In this document: in pieces, positions 19,789 through 29,860 of the stretch | How positions within the stretch are numbered: the stretch's first letter is position 1 | Layout: each line of letters begins with the position of its first letter | IMG/VR virus record: IMGVR_UViG_3300032607_000303 | Location: 16,846-80,845 of that record | From: a virus | DNA: 64,000 nt | Strand: one strand, 5' to 3' | Made by a program: the position numbers and the translations under genes | Notes under the pieces: generated by a model | What the model was told of the DNA's origin: nothing | Database searches by the model: none | The model's input: the letters and a program-made list of their open reading frames with translations, nothing else

Positions 19789-20071
19789 TGAACAATATGT
19801 TTGTAGGATTTCCTTTAGGTCTTCGAGTGTTAATCTGCCCTGCTGCTTTAGCTACAGAGAGTGCTTCTGTGCGATCCATAAATATTCCCCATTGGTCAAT
19901 GAAGCCTTGCTCCTCAGTATCTCTATTAAATTTTCCGCCAGAAACCTCGTACTCTTCAAGAGCTTCGCACATGAGCGCATCAAAATGCCTTGCACCAAGT
20001 AGCACAGCAGAACCATTATAGCGATTCGCAGCACACACGACAACTCGAATAGGTTTGTTCGGGGTGGTCAT
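19772..20071 (-). CDS. Conserved phage hypothetical protein
   Basis: VCAA...GARH...QGF.DQ.G.F..R.EA...LFSEDLY pattern. Confidence 0.75.
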   Translation of the reverse strand: MTTPNKPIRVVVCAANRYNGSAVLLGARHFDALMCEALEEYEVSGGKFNRDTEEQGFIDQWGIFMDRTEALSVAKAAGQINTRRPKGNPTNILFSEDLY

Positions 20072-20334
20072 TTGGCAATCTCCAATATTGTATCAGCAAT
20101 TTTAAGGCAATACTCTGAAAGTTGTTCTTCTGTGGTATTTACTAAGCACCAACCATTTTGGTTATTAGTAGCAAACACAGCAGGATTTGCGCAGAACCCT
20201 TGTAAAACCTTCCCTGCAAAATACTCTCGTTTTGTTATTCCAGAAGAAGAAATCTGCGGGCCTGCTAAGAATCCATCCGTCCTCTCAACAATATCATCGC
20301 AAGGGAATGCCGGTCTAGAATTATCTTCAATCAT
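20068..20334 (-). CDS. Conserved small phage protein
   Basis: PAFP...GITKREYFA motif, related to the 14832-15023 product. Confidence 0.7.
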   Translation of the reverse strand: MIEDNSRPAFPCDDIVERTDGFLAGPQISSSGITKREYFAGKVLQGFCANPAVFATNNQNGWCLVNTTEEQLSEYCLKIADTILEIAK

Positions 20335-20639
20335 TATAATCCACCCAACCGTTCCTCAGCCTGTTGCTCACGCAATTCCTGCATAGCCCTACTCTTACCT
20401 ATCATGCTACGATTTTCCTTATATTGTTCGCTACGTTGCAGGATACGATTATGACGATCAATACGTTGGCTGTCTGTCATTCCTAGCGCCATCATAGATT
20501 GATATGCAATGTGCTGCACCCTACGGCTATAGTCACTACTCTCTGAGCAAATCTTCAGGATGTTCTCAAGTGCTTCACGATGGCTCATAGGAATTGATAC
20601 ACTGTAACGCTTCATGCTTGCTACGTTCTGTTCATTCAT
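20334..20639 (-). CDS. Hypothetical protein
   Basis: MNEQNV start after AAGGA. Confidence 0.6.
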   Translation of the reverse strand: MNEQNVASMKRYSVSIPMSHREALENILKICSESSDYSRRVQHIAYQSMMALGMTDSQRIDRHNRILQRSEQYKENRSMIGKSRAMQELREQQAEERLGGL

Positions 20640-20815
20640 ACAAATTCCTTCAATGTAAATTTTGTAATAAAGCAATTGACACAAACTCCGTAAGTTTCAT
20701 TCATAATTTCTTTTACAACACTCTCAGCAATCTCCTGTGTCGCACACACTTCCTTTACAACTGTGTACTCTGCTGCTCCTGTGAAATATGCCTTGACAAC
20801 TACGAATACGTCCAT

Positions 20816-21025
20816 TCAATATTCCTTAGCAATAACATTGACAATCTCATAATCTGATCCTTCTCCGAATGTCTTACAAGCCATCGAGTCATAACCCCAA
20901 CTATTGCGCCAGCTAGACTTGAGTGCTGATATACTCATCCAGCAACCTTTACCATTTGCTCGTATGTATTGTCCATTAGGCTTATAGCGAATAGCGTAAA
21001 TTGCACTTACAACTTCATTTTTCAT
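20816..21025 (-). CDS. Hypothetical protein
   Basis: 69-aa ORF in the operon. Confidence 0.55.
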   Translation of the reverse strand: MKNEVVSAIYAIRYKPNGQYIRANGKGCWMSISALKSSWRNSWGYDSMACKTFGEGSDYEIVNVIAKEY

Positions 21026-21204
21026 AATCTCTCATCAGTAAACTTTATGATAGGTGATATAGTATGTGGTTCGATCTGTCATACATTCAATCTCAGCAGT
21101 ATCTCTAAGATCGTTAGCTATAGCTTCTGATGAACATACCCTGTAGATAGACTCCGAATTATCACAGAAATCGTAATAACTCTCCGTAATAATCCACACA
21201 CCTT

Positions 21205-21564
21205 CTAGCATAATTCCTCCAAAGCTTCTTGACGAAGCGCCTGTTCAACAACCTCTGTCAACTTATCCCCTTGTTCCTCACTCATGTATTGTAGCACATC
21301 TACAGATTGCTCTAAGAACATTTCAGAAAACTCAAAGTCTGTACAGTCTCCGACAAACATCATACGCTCATGTAGCACAACTTCTGTCAAACTAAATGCC
21401 CCAAAATGTCCCGGATCAATGTAGCTGGCAGGTTCTTCTTCTTCCCAATAGTAGTGGACAGTGGCTTCTGTTGACCCACGTTGTTTTAGAGGTACACTGC
21501 CAAGCATAATTTCAATGTCTTTGAGTGTAATTAATGTGCTACCTGTTCCTTCATATTGCTTCAT
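21205..21564 (-). CDS. Hypothetical acidic protein
   Basis: 119-aa ORF, GGAGG SD. Confidence 0.65.
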   Translation of the reverse strand: MKQYEGTGSTLITLKDIEIMLGSVPLKQRGSTEATVHYYWEEEEPASYIDPGHFGAFSLTEVVLHERMMFVGDCTDFEFSEMFLEQSVDVLQYMSEEQGDKLTEVVEQALRQEALEELC

Positions 21565-21751
21565 AGCTATTCCTCCCGTATTTCATAGACATACCCTAAC
21601 ACTGTTCCAGCATGGTATGACTGCTCTTTATGAGCCTTCCAAATCTCTGCTGCATACACACTATCGTAAAGCCCTACAAGCTGTGGCTGCATGTAAGGGA
21701 AGTGGGACATGTAGATTGTATATGTTTTGTTCATGTTCTAATTTTAAGAGT

Positions 21752-22669
21752 CTACTCTGAAACATCTGAAGTAGATCGTTTGCAAATGTAGCGCGCAAAA
21801 CGGGGCTTGTCTTTTACTCCTGCATCCATGCTTCTATACTTAACCATCTGCCCCACCATCTCATCAGGGTTTTCCCAATAGTGTGCACGCTCCTCGTGAG
21901 TCATCTTACCAGCGCCAACATCAATCTCCTTACCTGTCTTGCAGTCAGTACATACTAGCATCCCAACCATACCTTTGCCAACTTTATTTTCTTGATGGCT
22001 ACTACGCTCTGTTCGACCCAATGCATTAACTTTAGCTTCGTTCAAGTTTTCCATAGCCTCTACTAAACAAACAACAATAGCTTCCTTGTCTGATTGAGGC
22101 TTCATACGCAAATAATTACCTTCTTTAGCTGTTGCACGACCACTCTTGTGAAGTCCATATTTTGAGCGAATGACAACACCCTCGTACCCATCGTCAAGAC
22201 ATTTATCATAGTATGCGACAATCACTGCCCGGCCTTTTAGTAGCTTGTAAGGGATAACTCGGATGTTCTCAAGGTCAAACCAAAATTGATGAATGCTTTG
22301 GAAAGATAATAGTTCATTGTAGCGGTCAATATAGGGCTTATCTAGCAAGTCCTCTCGCAAGTAGTCAAACAGATTCCAAAATACTTTAGGCTCGCCTTGT
22401 ATTGTACCCATCACAGAAGTTGTATCTCGGCATAAGGAATCTCCACGAATGTCTCCAAATGTAAACTCGCCATCAAAGCCTGTGCAGCGCACTTGGCTGT
22501 ACTTTTCTGTTACGTACATATTACTGTGAGGCTTTAGGCTGCGACCAGTCATGCTTCCAGTGATATGCAAGCCTCGAACACCATCTAGTTTAGGAAACAC
22601 CATAACTTCCTCAGTTTCTGAAATCTTGTCCAAATCTAGGTCACAGCAAAGGTGTGGTTTGGTTGTCAT
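21752..22669 (-). CDS. ATP-dependent DNA ligase
   Basis: Motif I KLDGVR, FDGE, FDY, EGVVIR, C-terminal PRF. Confidence 0.93.
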   Translation of the reverse strand: MTTKPHLCCDLDLDKISETEEVMVFPKLDGVRGLHITGSMTGRSLKPHSNMYVTEKYSQVRCTGFDGEFTFGDIRGDSLCRDTTSVMGTIQGEPKVFWNLFDYLREDLLDKPYIDRYNELLSFQSIHQFWFDLENIRVIPYKLLKGRAVIVAYYDKCLDDGYEGVVIRSKYGLHKSGRATAKEGNYLRMKPQSDKEAIVVCLVEAMENLNEAKVNALGRTERSSHQENKVGKGMVGMLVCTDCKTGKEIDVGAGKMTHEERAHYWENPDEMVGQMVKYRSMDAGVKDKPRFARYICKRSTSDVSE

Positions 22670-22902
22670 TTCATCCCCTTAAACAAACTTTCCAATATAT
22701 CAATAGCCGCATACAATTTTGTATTACATTGAGTTGTATTGTACACATCAACAATTTCCTCTGCTGCCTCGTTAACATCTTCCATCTGCTTGATATACTT
22801 TAGCAATGTCTTCACAGCGCCGATAGGATTTATGCTGCATTCCAGCAGAGAGTAGTCTTCCAAGTTATCTAGTGCCTCTGTTGCTTGCTCTTTGGTAATC
22901 AT
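22666..22902 (-). CDS. Hypothetical protein
   Basis: MITKEQ start after AGGA, first gene after the leftward promoter. Confidence 0.6.
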   Translation of the reverse strand: MITKEQATEALDNLEDYSLLECSINPIGAVKTLLKYIKQMEDVNEAAEEIVDVYNTTQCNTKLYAAIDILESLFKGMK

Positions 22903-22933
22903 TTTGTTTCCTGTGTGATGTGAAAGAAGCCCA

Positions 22934-22962
22934 AGAATAGCAACCCTACCCACCCATGTCAA
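22934..22962 (-). promoter_or_regulatory. Leftward sigma70 promoter at the divergence point
   Basis: TTGACA-17-TATTCT with extended TG. Confidence 0.65.
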
Positions 22963-23264
22963 CAACTTTCTGACGCCATCTAGCCAAATAAAATTGCAAA
23001 ATATCTTGCACAAGCGTCCCACATAGGCTAATATTTGTTAATTGCAGCACACAACGTAGCACAGCCGAAAGGCTTCACAGGAGAAATAAATGAAACAACG
23101 CCTCTCAAATGACACATGCCGCTGTAAAGGTGTTGCTTGCCGAGAGTCTGAGAAATGCCTTCGTCACACTGATAGACCAGAGGGACGCTATAGCTTTACG
23201 AACACTTTGAGAGAAAGTAATACAGAGCCTTGTAAATTCTTCTTAACTAACAGGAACGACTAAA

Positions 23265-23519
23265 ATGATTGAACGTGATATTGTAGAGTGGAACAAAATG
23301 GTAGTACAGTCTCAGAAGAATATGGAGGGAGATGCTCCAGCACATGAGGATATTCTCGTAATTCGTGTAGATGTTTGGATATCTTCACTACTCTCTGAGA
23401 TTCGTATGCTTAAATATGCAGAGGATATTCGATTGTCTCGCACAATGACTGTACAAGAGGCTGAGAAATTGGCTATTGAGCAAATTGCTAAAGAAGAATT
23501 GACAAAAGGAAATGTATGA
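23265..23519 (+). CDS. Hypothetical protein
   Basis: 84-aa ORF coupled to the next gene. Confidence 0.6.
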   Translation: MIERDIVEWNKMVVQSQKNMEGDAPAHEDILVIRVDVWISSLLSEIRMLKYAEDIRLSRTMTVQEAEKLAIEQIAKEELTKGNV

Positions 23520-24295
23520 ACGCTATTATCAATGTAACGAAGAATGTTGTTGGAAATAAAACTATTGAAACTGTTAATGCTCGTGCATTGCATGAGTTTC
23601 TTGGAGTAGGTAGGGATTTCTCAGAGTGGATTAAGTCTCGTATAGAGAAGTATGACTTCACAGAGGGTTCTGACTACGTAACTGCTGAAATTTTGAGCAC
23701 ACCAGATTTGGGGAGCGCAAAAGCAAGGCCACAAGTGAAGAAAGAGTACCATATTAGTATCTCCATGGCTAAAGAAATGTCCATGGTAGAAAACAATGTC
23801 CAAGGGAAAGAGGCGCGTAAGTATTTTATTGCATGTGAGACTCGGCTCAACGATACACCTAAAGGTATTGTTCTAGACAACCCTATGCAACTCCGTGCTG
23901 CTCTGCTGGCATACACAGAAACTGTAATTGCTCTTGAGGCAAGCGTACTGTCACTAACCAATGATGTTGTTAAGAAAGACGAAGTGATTGAAAAGCAGCT
24001 TCCAGCAGTGGAATTTGTACGTATGTTCGTAGAGCGAGGACTAAATACTTGCTTGAGTGATGCTTTCAAAGGGCTTGGGCTGAAGCCTACTATCTTCATC
24101 AAGCACCTAACACAAGACGGTGTGCTGTTTAAGCGTCAAGGTGGCACTGTAAATCACGCTAAGCAGGCACACATCAACGCTGGACACTTTGTAGAGCGGT
24201 TCAGTGAATATTCTACACAGACACTAATTACACCGAAAGGTGTTCTGTGGCTCACTAAGAACTACAAAGCGTACATGGAGGAACACTCTAAATAA
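23516..24295 (+). CDS. AntA/AntB plus KilAC (ANT) antirepressor-like protein
   Basis: VNARALHEFL..RDFSEWIK.RI..Y.F, MAKE.SM, ARKYFI; C-terminal P.VEF...T.ITPKG. Confidence 0.88.
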   Translation: MNAIINVTKNVVGNKTIETVNARALHEFLGVGRDFSEWIKSRIEKYDFTEGSDYVTAEILSTPDLGSAKARPQVKKEYHISISMAKEMSMVENNVQGKEARKYFIACETRLNDTPKGIVLDNPMQLRAALLAYTETVIALEASVLSLTNDVVKKDEVIEKQLPAVEFVRMFVERGLNTCLSDAFKGLGLKPTIFIKHLTQDGVLFKRQGGTVNHAKQAHINAGHFVERFSEYSTQTLITPKGVLWLTKNYKAYMEEHSK

Positions 24296-24370
24296 TACAC
24301 TAAGCCTTCCCTGCCAAAAAGCTCGGAGGGCTTTTGTTTGTCTGATTAATAAATTATTTACAAATAGTTG

Positions 24371-24399
24371 TTGACGAAATTGTTGTGAGGTGGGATACT
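24371..24399 (+). promoter_or_regulatory. Sigma70 promoter
   Basis: TTGACG-17-GATACT after a terminator and AT-rich UP-like tract. Confidence 0.55.
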
Positions 24400-24507
24400 T
24401 AATTCCTCAGCACAAACAATGTTCGGTGAAAGCTGGGAAGTAAAACCTACAGGAAGTTTGGGCTTTACAGCACAATGGGTATCTATTGAACATCTTAAGG
24501 AAGTAAA

Positions 24508-24750
24508 ATGAAACTCTTTTTCATCTGGCAAGAAGAAAATAACGGATACGATACATACGACTCAGCAGTTGTCTGTGCAAAAGATGAATCTGATGCTAAG
24601 AAAATGCACCCTGAAAATGGTGAGAACATCGTAAATAATGAGTTTGGTTGCTGGGTAAGGGATACAGAATTTGTATTTGTGAAGTATATTGGAACTGCTG
24701 CAAAGGGAACTAAGCGTGATGTCATTTGTGCATCATTTAATGCAGGTTAA
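24508..24750 (+). CDS. Conserved phage hypothetical protein
   Basis: GYDTYDSAVV.A..E..A...HP...ICASFNAG. Confidence 0.75.
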   Translation: MKLFFIWQEENNGYDTYDSAVVCAKDESDAKKMHPENGENIVNNEFGCWVRDTEFVFVKYIGTAAKGTKRDVICASFNAG

Positions 24751-25064
24751 TTCTTACAAATAATTTAAAGAAAATCAAATGGACAAAGTTAAGAAAGCAT
24801 TACGCCTCTTTGCATCACGCACAGCAACACGTAGCCAGCGTCATCACAATGTACGACAATACTTAAAGGCTCTGGAGTACATGGGAGACTCTTGGATACT
24901 TGCCAAGCCTGTAGAGTTGAAGAAGATTGTTAAGGCTGCTGCCAAACATCATTAACGTATTGTAGCCAGATAGCAAATAGACGCGTAACAGTGTAATTGA
25001 TACAATCATAGCCAATAGCTGTTATAATTGATTTTAGCAGCTTAATTACAATAGAAAGCACAAT

Positions 25065-25280
25065 ATGCCTCGCACATTCACACTCCCTTGCAGCGTCATT
25101 AAGACAGCCATCAAACATATCCCTCACAAGCCGCTCAAAGGCTGTCCTGATAATGACTACTACGACATAACTAAAGACAGAGAGACATTTTGCATTGTAC
25201 TAAAGAGCAACGGAAAAGTTATGTTCACAACAGTTAATAAGACAATTGCTGTAGCTACGCTGGAAGGAATGTTAGCATGA
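25065..25280 (+). CDS. Hypothetical protein
   Basis: Short ORF coupled to the next. Confidence 0.5.
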   Translation: MPRTFTLPCSVIKTAIKHIPHKPLKGCPDNDYYDITKDRETFCIVLKSNGKVMFTTVNKTIAVATLEGMLA

Positions 25281-25474
25281 ATGACATTACAGTAGTTTTT
25301 GATAAACAAAATGGTAAAGATGCTATGTCTATCATGTACTGTAAAGATGTAGTATCAATAGGTATGTCAGATGATTGGTATATCCATCATGTACAAATTA
25401 ACTTGTCTATTAAAGAGTTTAGAAAAATATATAAGAATGTTGAAGAGGCTCACGCTAAATCTAACGTAGCGTAA
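25277..25474 (+). CDS. Hypothetical protein
   Basis: Short coupled ORF. Confidence 0.5.
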   Translation: MNDITVVFDKQNGKDAMSIMYCKDVVSIGMSDDWYIHHVQINLSIKEFRKIYKNVEEAHAKSNVA

Positions 25475-25568
25475 TAACAACACACAAAATATTGACACAA
25501 TCATTGTAATAATTTATTCTTAACACATGGCCTAAGCAATTATGCAAGGGCAATTCTAAGGAAATGAA

Positions 25569-25766
25569 ATGATTCTAGTCCTAGTAACAAACGGTAAGAA
25601 CGATAGCGTAGACTATGTTAAAGTTGTAACTTTTCAAGAACGCTTTCTAGCTGAAAAATATATTACTCATATCAGCACAGACCTTTATTGCAAGCATTGG
25701 ATAAAGGCCAAGATTGTGAAAGAGGGTGAACAAGTTGAATTATACCCAACTTACGAGCAAATGTGA
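25569..25766 (+). CDS. Hypothetical protein
   Basis: AAGGA SD. Confidence 0.55.
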   Translation: MILVLVTNGKNDSVDYVKVVTFQERFLAEKYITHISTDLYCKHWIKAKIVKEGEQVELYPTYEQM

Positions 25767-25957
25767 TGACAACAGATAATGAGTTCTACGCTTACAAAGC
25801 CCTTGTGAAAGCTGCCATGCAAGACATTCACAAACGTATGGCTGAATCCTACTATTCAGAGCCGGGACGTAGGCTCACATACATGGACATGGATGCTTTC
25901 TATGAGCATCTTGGAAAGATTGGAATGGGAGGCTGTCTTGACCAGTTGGAGAAATAA
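25763..25957 (+). CDS. Hypothetical protein
   Basis: Coupled ORF. Confidence 0.55.
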   Translation: MMTTDNEFYAYKALVKAAMQDIHKRMAESYYSEPGRRLTYMDMDAFYEHLGKIGMGGCLDQLEK

Positions 25958-26103
25958 GATAACTCTACACAAAACAGCTTGTAAAACCTCTGAATAGTAG
26001 TAGAATGTACAAACAGTAGCAGAAGCCCTATATGCAGCTAAAAGGATCCTGCTGACAATAGATTGGAGGCTTTCAAGAGCCTTCTCGTTAATAAAACAAA
26101 TAG

Positions 26104-26364
26104 GTGAATCAAATGAACAGGAAATACAGAGTTATTAGTAACACAAAGTACACACACTTTTACCCTATAGGTACTGTAGTAAAGATACTTTCAGTAGGCT
26201 ATGAAGACAACTGCGTAGATGTTGTAGATATCTATGATGAAATATTTCAAACACTTGTTGTAGATGATCTTGAGGAGATTTTTGTTGTGGATGACAAAAA
26301 GAAAGACTCCTCTGAGCGGATTGCTGATCTCAATTCTTTTAAGTCTGTAGGAAAAGCTTCTTAG
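26104..26364 (+). CDS. Hypothetical protein
   Basis: 86-aa ORF. Confidence 0.5.
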   Translation: MNQMNRKYRVISNTKYTHFYPIGTVVKILSVGYEDNCVDVVDIYDEIFQTLVVDDLEEIFVVDDKKKDSSERIADLNSFKSVGKAS

Positions 26365-26997
26365 GTGCCCGGAGCATTAGGATTTACAATGGTTTGTTTC
26401 TGTAATAAGGATGTTCCTGTAGGTTGTGATGTGTATATTAAAGGTAATTAAAATGCTAGATATAATTGACGTTGTTCTGTGTATATGCTTGTTGTCCTCT
26501 TTAGGGCTATTGGCAATGATCTTGGTAAATTGCAAGAATAATGTGAGGGAGGTTGAGTGAAAGCAATTATGTGGTATTTGCTAGGGTCTTGTACAGCTTC
26601 TGTTTTGGTAGCTGTTTGGATGACTGTTAGGAGTAGGAAGCGTAGTGTTTTTGGTAAGATTGTTTAGTGATTGACACACAATCTTGTGAGGATTTGCACA
26701 AATAATTATGCTACGCATAGGAAATGTGCAAGTTCTCACAAATATTGTACAAAGATAAAAGATTGTCCACAAATATTGTAAGAACAAGATGAACGTAGTG
26801 AATCTTGCAAGGGACAGCAATAGCTGGCACGCAGCCTGAAGGAATGACGTTAGTCAGTCCTAAGGTTCTTATGCTTTAGTCTATCCACCATACAAGTCTG
26901 CCATTATAAAGTCTTGTGCGGTCGTTGTGCGTAGCACAGGTTCTGCACAGTACCTTACAGTGCATAGTTTGTTGATGTATAATGCTTATGTGCAAAG

Positions 26998-27135
26998 ACT
27001 TTCTTTTAATTCTTCTTTTATTCTTCTATTCCTATTCTTTTAGTACAGTGCCAGCGGGGGATAGTTATACCCGTGTCAGGGGGATAGATGCCCCACAGAG
27101 GGGTATAAGAGTAACCTTGTGGCGGGGATTGACCC
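26998..27135. repeat. Putative replication origin: T-rich tract plus four ~22-bp iteron-like repeats
   Basis: TTCTTTT-rich tract 27001-27042; G-run repeats at 27056, 27079, 27100, 27124 (GGGGGATAG twice). Confidence 0.55.
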
Positions 27136-27157
27136 AAACATCTAAGTAGCGTATAAT
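27129..27157 (+). promoter_or_regulatory. Sigma70 promoter overlapping the last repeat
   Basis: TTGACC-17-TATAAT. Confidence 0.7.
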
Positions 27158-27183
27158 ACGCAGGTAACAACGGAAGGAAATAT

Positions 27184-27366
27184 ATGCAATTCACCCTAAA
27201 CACTGACTTAGCTGTATGGCTTGACTCAGTTCGTGGGCAACATTCACGACAAGCATTCATAACAAGAGTCTTACGGCAACAAATGGTAGTACAGCAGTAC
27301 ACTTCTCACACTAAGGAAACGCATGAAGAAAATATCACCTATGGGGTTGCTCAACCTCTTTCATAA
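27184..27366 (+). CDS. Small ribbon-helix-helix-like protein
   Basis: FTLNTDLAVWLD..RG..SRQAFI..VL resembles the CopG/Arc pattern. Confidence 0.5.
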   Translation: MQFTLNTDLAVWLDSVRGQHSRQAFITRVLRQQMVVQQYTSHTKETHEENITYGVAQPLS

Positions 27367-27952
27367 GTCGGCAGCAGCCGATGTCAATCTGACAGTACAT
27401 GAACATCGCCTCATGTCTGTCATCATAACGTACATCAATGGGGAAGACCTCTCCAAAGGTTACAAAGCTTGGCCTAGTACGGATACTCTTATCCGCTTCA
27501 CAGGGCTTGGCACAACTACAATCGAAAATGGCAGGAAGAAACTTGTAAAGGATGGTTGGCTAACAATCATTTCTGGCAAGGGTAAGGGAAGTAGTAACCA
27601 GTATTTTGTGAATGGTGCAAAGATTGTTGAGGCAGCAGCTAAATCTGGTGTATCATACAACGATCAGGAGGCAGTTAAAGACGCTTCCATACCTGCACAG
27701 AAGGAGCCTCATAAGCGTAACATGGAGCCAGCAAGGGCTGCTATAGGTAAGCCTACTGTCAAGGTTGTTGAGCCAACAGTAGCATGGTTTGAAGATGATC
27801 CTGTGAAGACTTTTGAGAAGCCTACTAAAGTGTCTATCAATCCTGATGGCTCAAATCCATTCCACAAGAACGGCTTGCGTTGTCACTCCTACGAAGACCA
27901 TGCAAATGCTACAAGAAATAAAGTAGAAACATCTTGTGATGATCCGTTTTGA
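27323..27952 (+). CDS. Winged-HTH protein resembling phage replication initiator N-termini
   Basis: AWPSTDTL...TGLGTTTI....KKLVKDGWL...GSSNQY. Confidence 0.7.
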   Translation: MKKISPMGLLNLFHKSAAADVNLTVHEHRLMSVIITYINGEDLSKGYKAWPSTDTLIRFTGLGTTTIENGRKKLVKDGWLTIISGKGKGSSNQYFVNGAKIVEAAAKSGVSYNDQEAVKDASIPAQKEPHKRNMEPARAAIGKPTVKVVEPTVAWFEDDPVKTFEKPTKVSINPDGSNPFHKNGLRCHSYEDHANATRNKVETSCDDPF

Positions 27953-28112
27953 TGTATAATTAATACAGAGGGTAAATTGAACTACGAACAAAATCTTCAA
28001 GTAATCCTTGACTACCTAAACGGTAAACTGAGTAGATATGCAATAGACAGTATGACCTACCCAGAATTACAACTAGCCTACGACAAACTTACAACACTTT
28101 GAAAGGAACACT

Positions 28113-29588
28113 ATGTCCAACAATCCAACTGAACAACAACTCTATTGTGTAAAACTATGCACAACTGAAAATAAAGTTAAAATATCCGCAGCAGCCGGGT
28201 CAGGAAAAACGTCTACACTAATCCTAATTGCTGACAGCTTAAAGGTTCCTTCAGTTTACCTAGCATTCAATAAGTCGATTGCAACTGAAGCATCTTCAAA
28301 GTTCCCTAAGCATGTTACATGCCGAACTACACATAGCCTTGCTTATGGAGCCTTTGGTGTTCCATTACAAAGCAAGCTGACACGCCCTAGAGGTCATTAT
28401 GTCAACGTAGCTGGTACAGGAAGTGAGATTGCTAAATATTACCATCTTGACCCTGTTGTAGATGCTTCTGGAGAGTATGCAGCAACAGCTAACGCAATGG
28501 GTTTGTTCATTCGTACAACTGTTGAGCGATTTGAACAGAGTGCAGATATGCAGATTGGTAAGTGGCATGTCCCTAAACGCGATATGGAGAAAGTGTTGGC
28601 TGCTGACAAGAGTGCTGAAGGTTATGTACTCAAGATGGCTAAGAAATTGTGGCAGGATCGTATCAATGTAAATTCTAATGTGTTGGCTACACATGATACA
28701 TACTTGAAGCTATATCAGATGAGTAAGCCTGTGCTTCCTTTTGATATTGTGTATGTTGACGAATTTCAAGATACTACGCCTTGTGTAATGGATATTGTAA
28801 ATAATCAAAAGGATACAGCTAAGATTGTAGCTGTTGGTGATTCGTTTCAGGCCATCTACTCGTTTCGAGGAGCTATCAATGCAATGGCCTTGATGACTTG
28901 CCAAGAAGCTCATCTCAGCATGTCCTTCCGTTTCGGACAAGGTATTGCTGATGTAGCTACAGCAGTACTTGGTAACAAGATGGTTATTCAAGGTCGTCCT
29001 GACTTAAAGAGTGTGATTGGTTATGATGTTGTGGACAAGGCTAAGCCTTACATGTATCTGTTCCGTACCAATGCTATGTTGCTTACAGAGGCTGTAGCAG
29101 CCATTGACCGTGGTGAGCAAGTGAAGGTTGCTATTGATGTCAAAGACTTTGTAAAGCTGTTGCAGAGTGCTGTAGCCTTGCACGCTAACGACCATAAGAA
29201 GGTAAAGCATGAACGTATTCTTCCTTACCCTAGCTGGTCTGTGCTGGCTGTAGAGGGAAAAGCTACAGGAGGGGAGTTGAAACGTGTGTTGGAGATTGTT
29301 GAAGGGCGACGAGCAAAGATTGCTGACGAGAAGAATTGGTGCCAAGTTGCATCTGCTAGAAACTTTATGGGTGCGTCTGTGTCTCCGTATAGTATCACAG
29401 CTTGCTCATGGTGCAGCGTTGGTGCTATAGAGTGCGTAGAAAAATCTGTATTTGACACATCAGCACATGTCCAGCTAGAAGCCTTTATGGGCAATGATAT
29501 TGGTGAGTTCAATGATACGCACAGCCATTCCGAAGTTATGGCAGCATGGGATAAGGCTATTGCTGAGTGTGCTAAGGAGGCTGTATGA
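28113..29588 (+). CDS. UvrD/Rep-like SF1 helicase, C-terminus apparently replaced by an unrelated domain
   Basis: AAAGSGKT, AFNK, T.HS, VDEFQD, VGD..QAIY.FRGA, SFRFG, RTN present; motifs V and VI absent. Confidence 0.8.
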   Translation: MSNNPTEQQLYCVKLCTTENKVKISAAAGSGKTSTLILIADSLKVPSVYLAFNKSIATEASSKFPKHVTCRTTHSLAYGAFGVPLQSKLTRPRGHYVNVAGTGSEIAKYYHLDPVVDASGEYAATANAMGLFIRTTVERFEQSADMQIGKWHVPKRDMEKVLAADKSAEGYVLKMAKKLWQDRINVNSNVLATHDTYLKLYQMSKPVLPFDIVYVDEFQDTTPCVMDIVNNQKDTAKIVAVGDSFQAIYSFRGAINAMALMTCQEAHLSMSFRFGQGIADVATAVLGNKMVIQGRPDLKSVIGYDVVDKAKPYMYLFRTNAMLLTEAVAAIDRGEQVKVAIDVKDFVKLLQSAVALHANDHKKVKHERILPYPSWSVLAVEGKATGGELKRVLEIVEGRRAKIADEKNWCQVASARNFMGASVSPYSITACSWCSVGAIECVEKSVFDTSAHVQLEAFMGNDIGEFNDTHSHSEVMAAWDKAIAECAKEAV

Positions 29589-29860
29589 CAGACGATAAGG
29601 TATTACGAGATTATTCCCAAGAAGTGTACGGCGAAAGTTGTTACCAAATGTCTGTGCAGTCTCTTGTAGACTCACACAGATTGCTTAGATCTCACCGTAT
29701 AGAGTTTGAGGGGAGTATTCGTGAAGCACGCAAAGAAGCTTATGCTAAGTCTTTTAAGTTTCATACAGAGTCCTTCAAAGGTAAGGATATGATTGACATT
29801 GACGAGTTGCGGCAAATGACTCTTGATGAGATTATAGAGAGGATCACTAATGGAAATTAA
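29585..29860 (+). CDS. Hypothetical protein
   Basis: Coupled ORF, AGGAGG SD. Confidence 0.65.
   Translation: MTDDKVLRDYSQEVYGESCYQMSVQSLVDSHRLLRSHRIEFEGSIREARKEAYAKSFKFHTESFKGKDMIDIDELRQMTLDEIIERITNGN

Noticed and set aside
27018-27302. Minus-strand 94-aa ORF
   Set aside because: Overlaps the repeats, promoter and RHH gene; better explained as origin-like DNA
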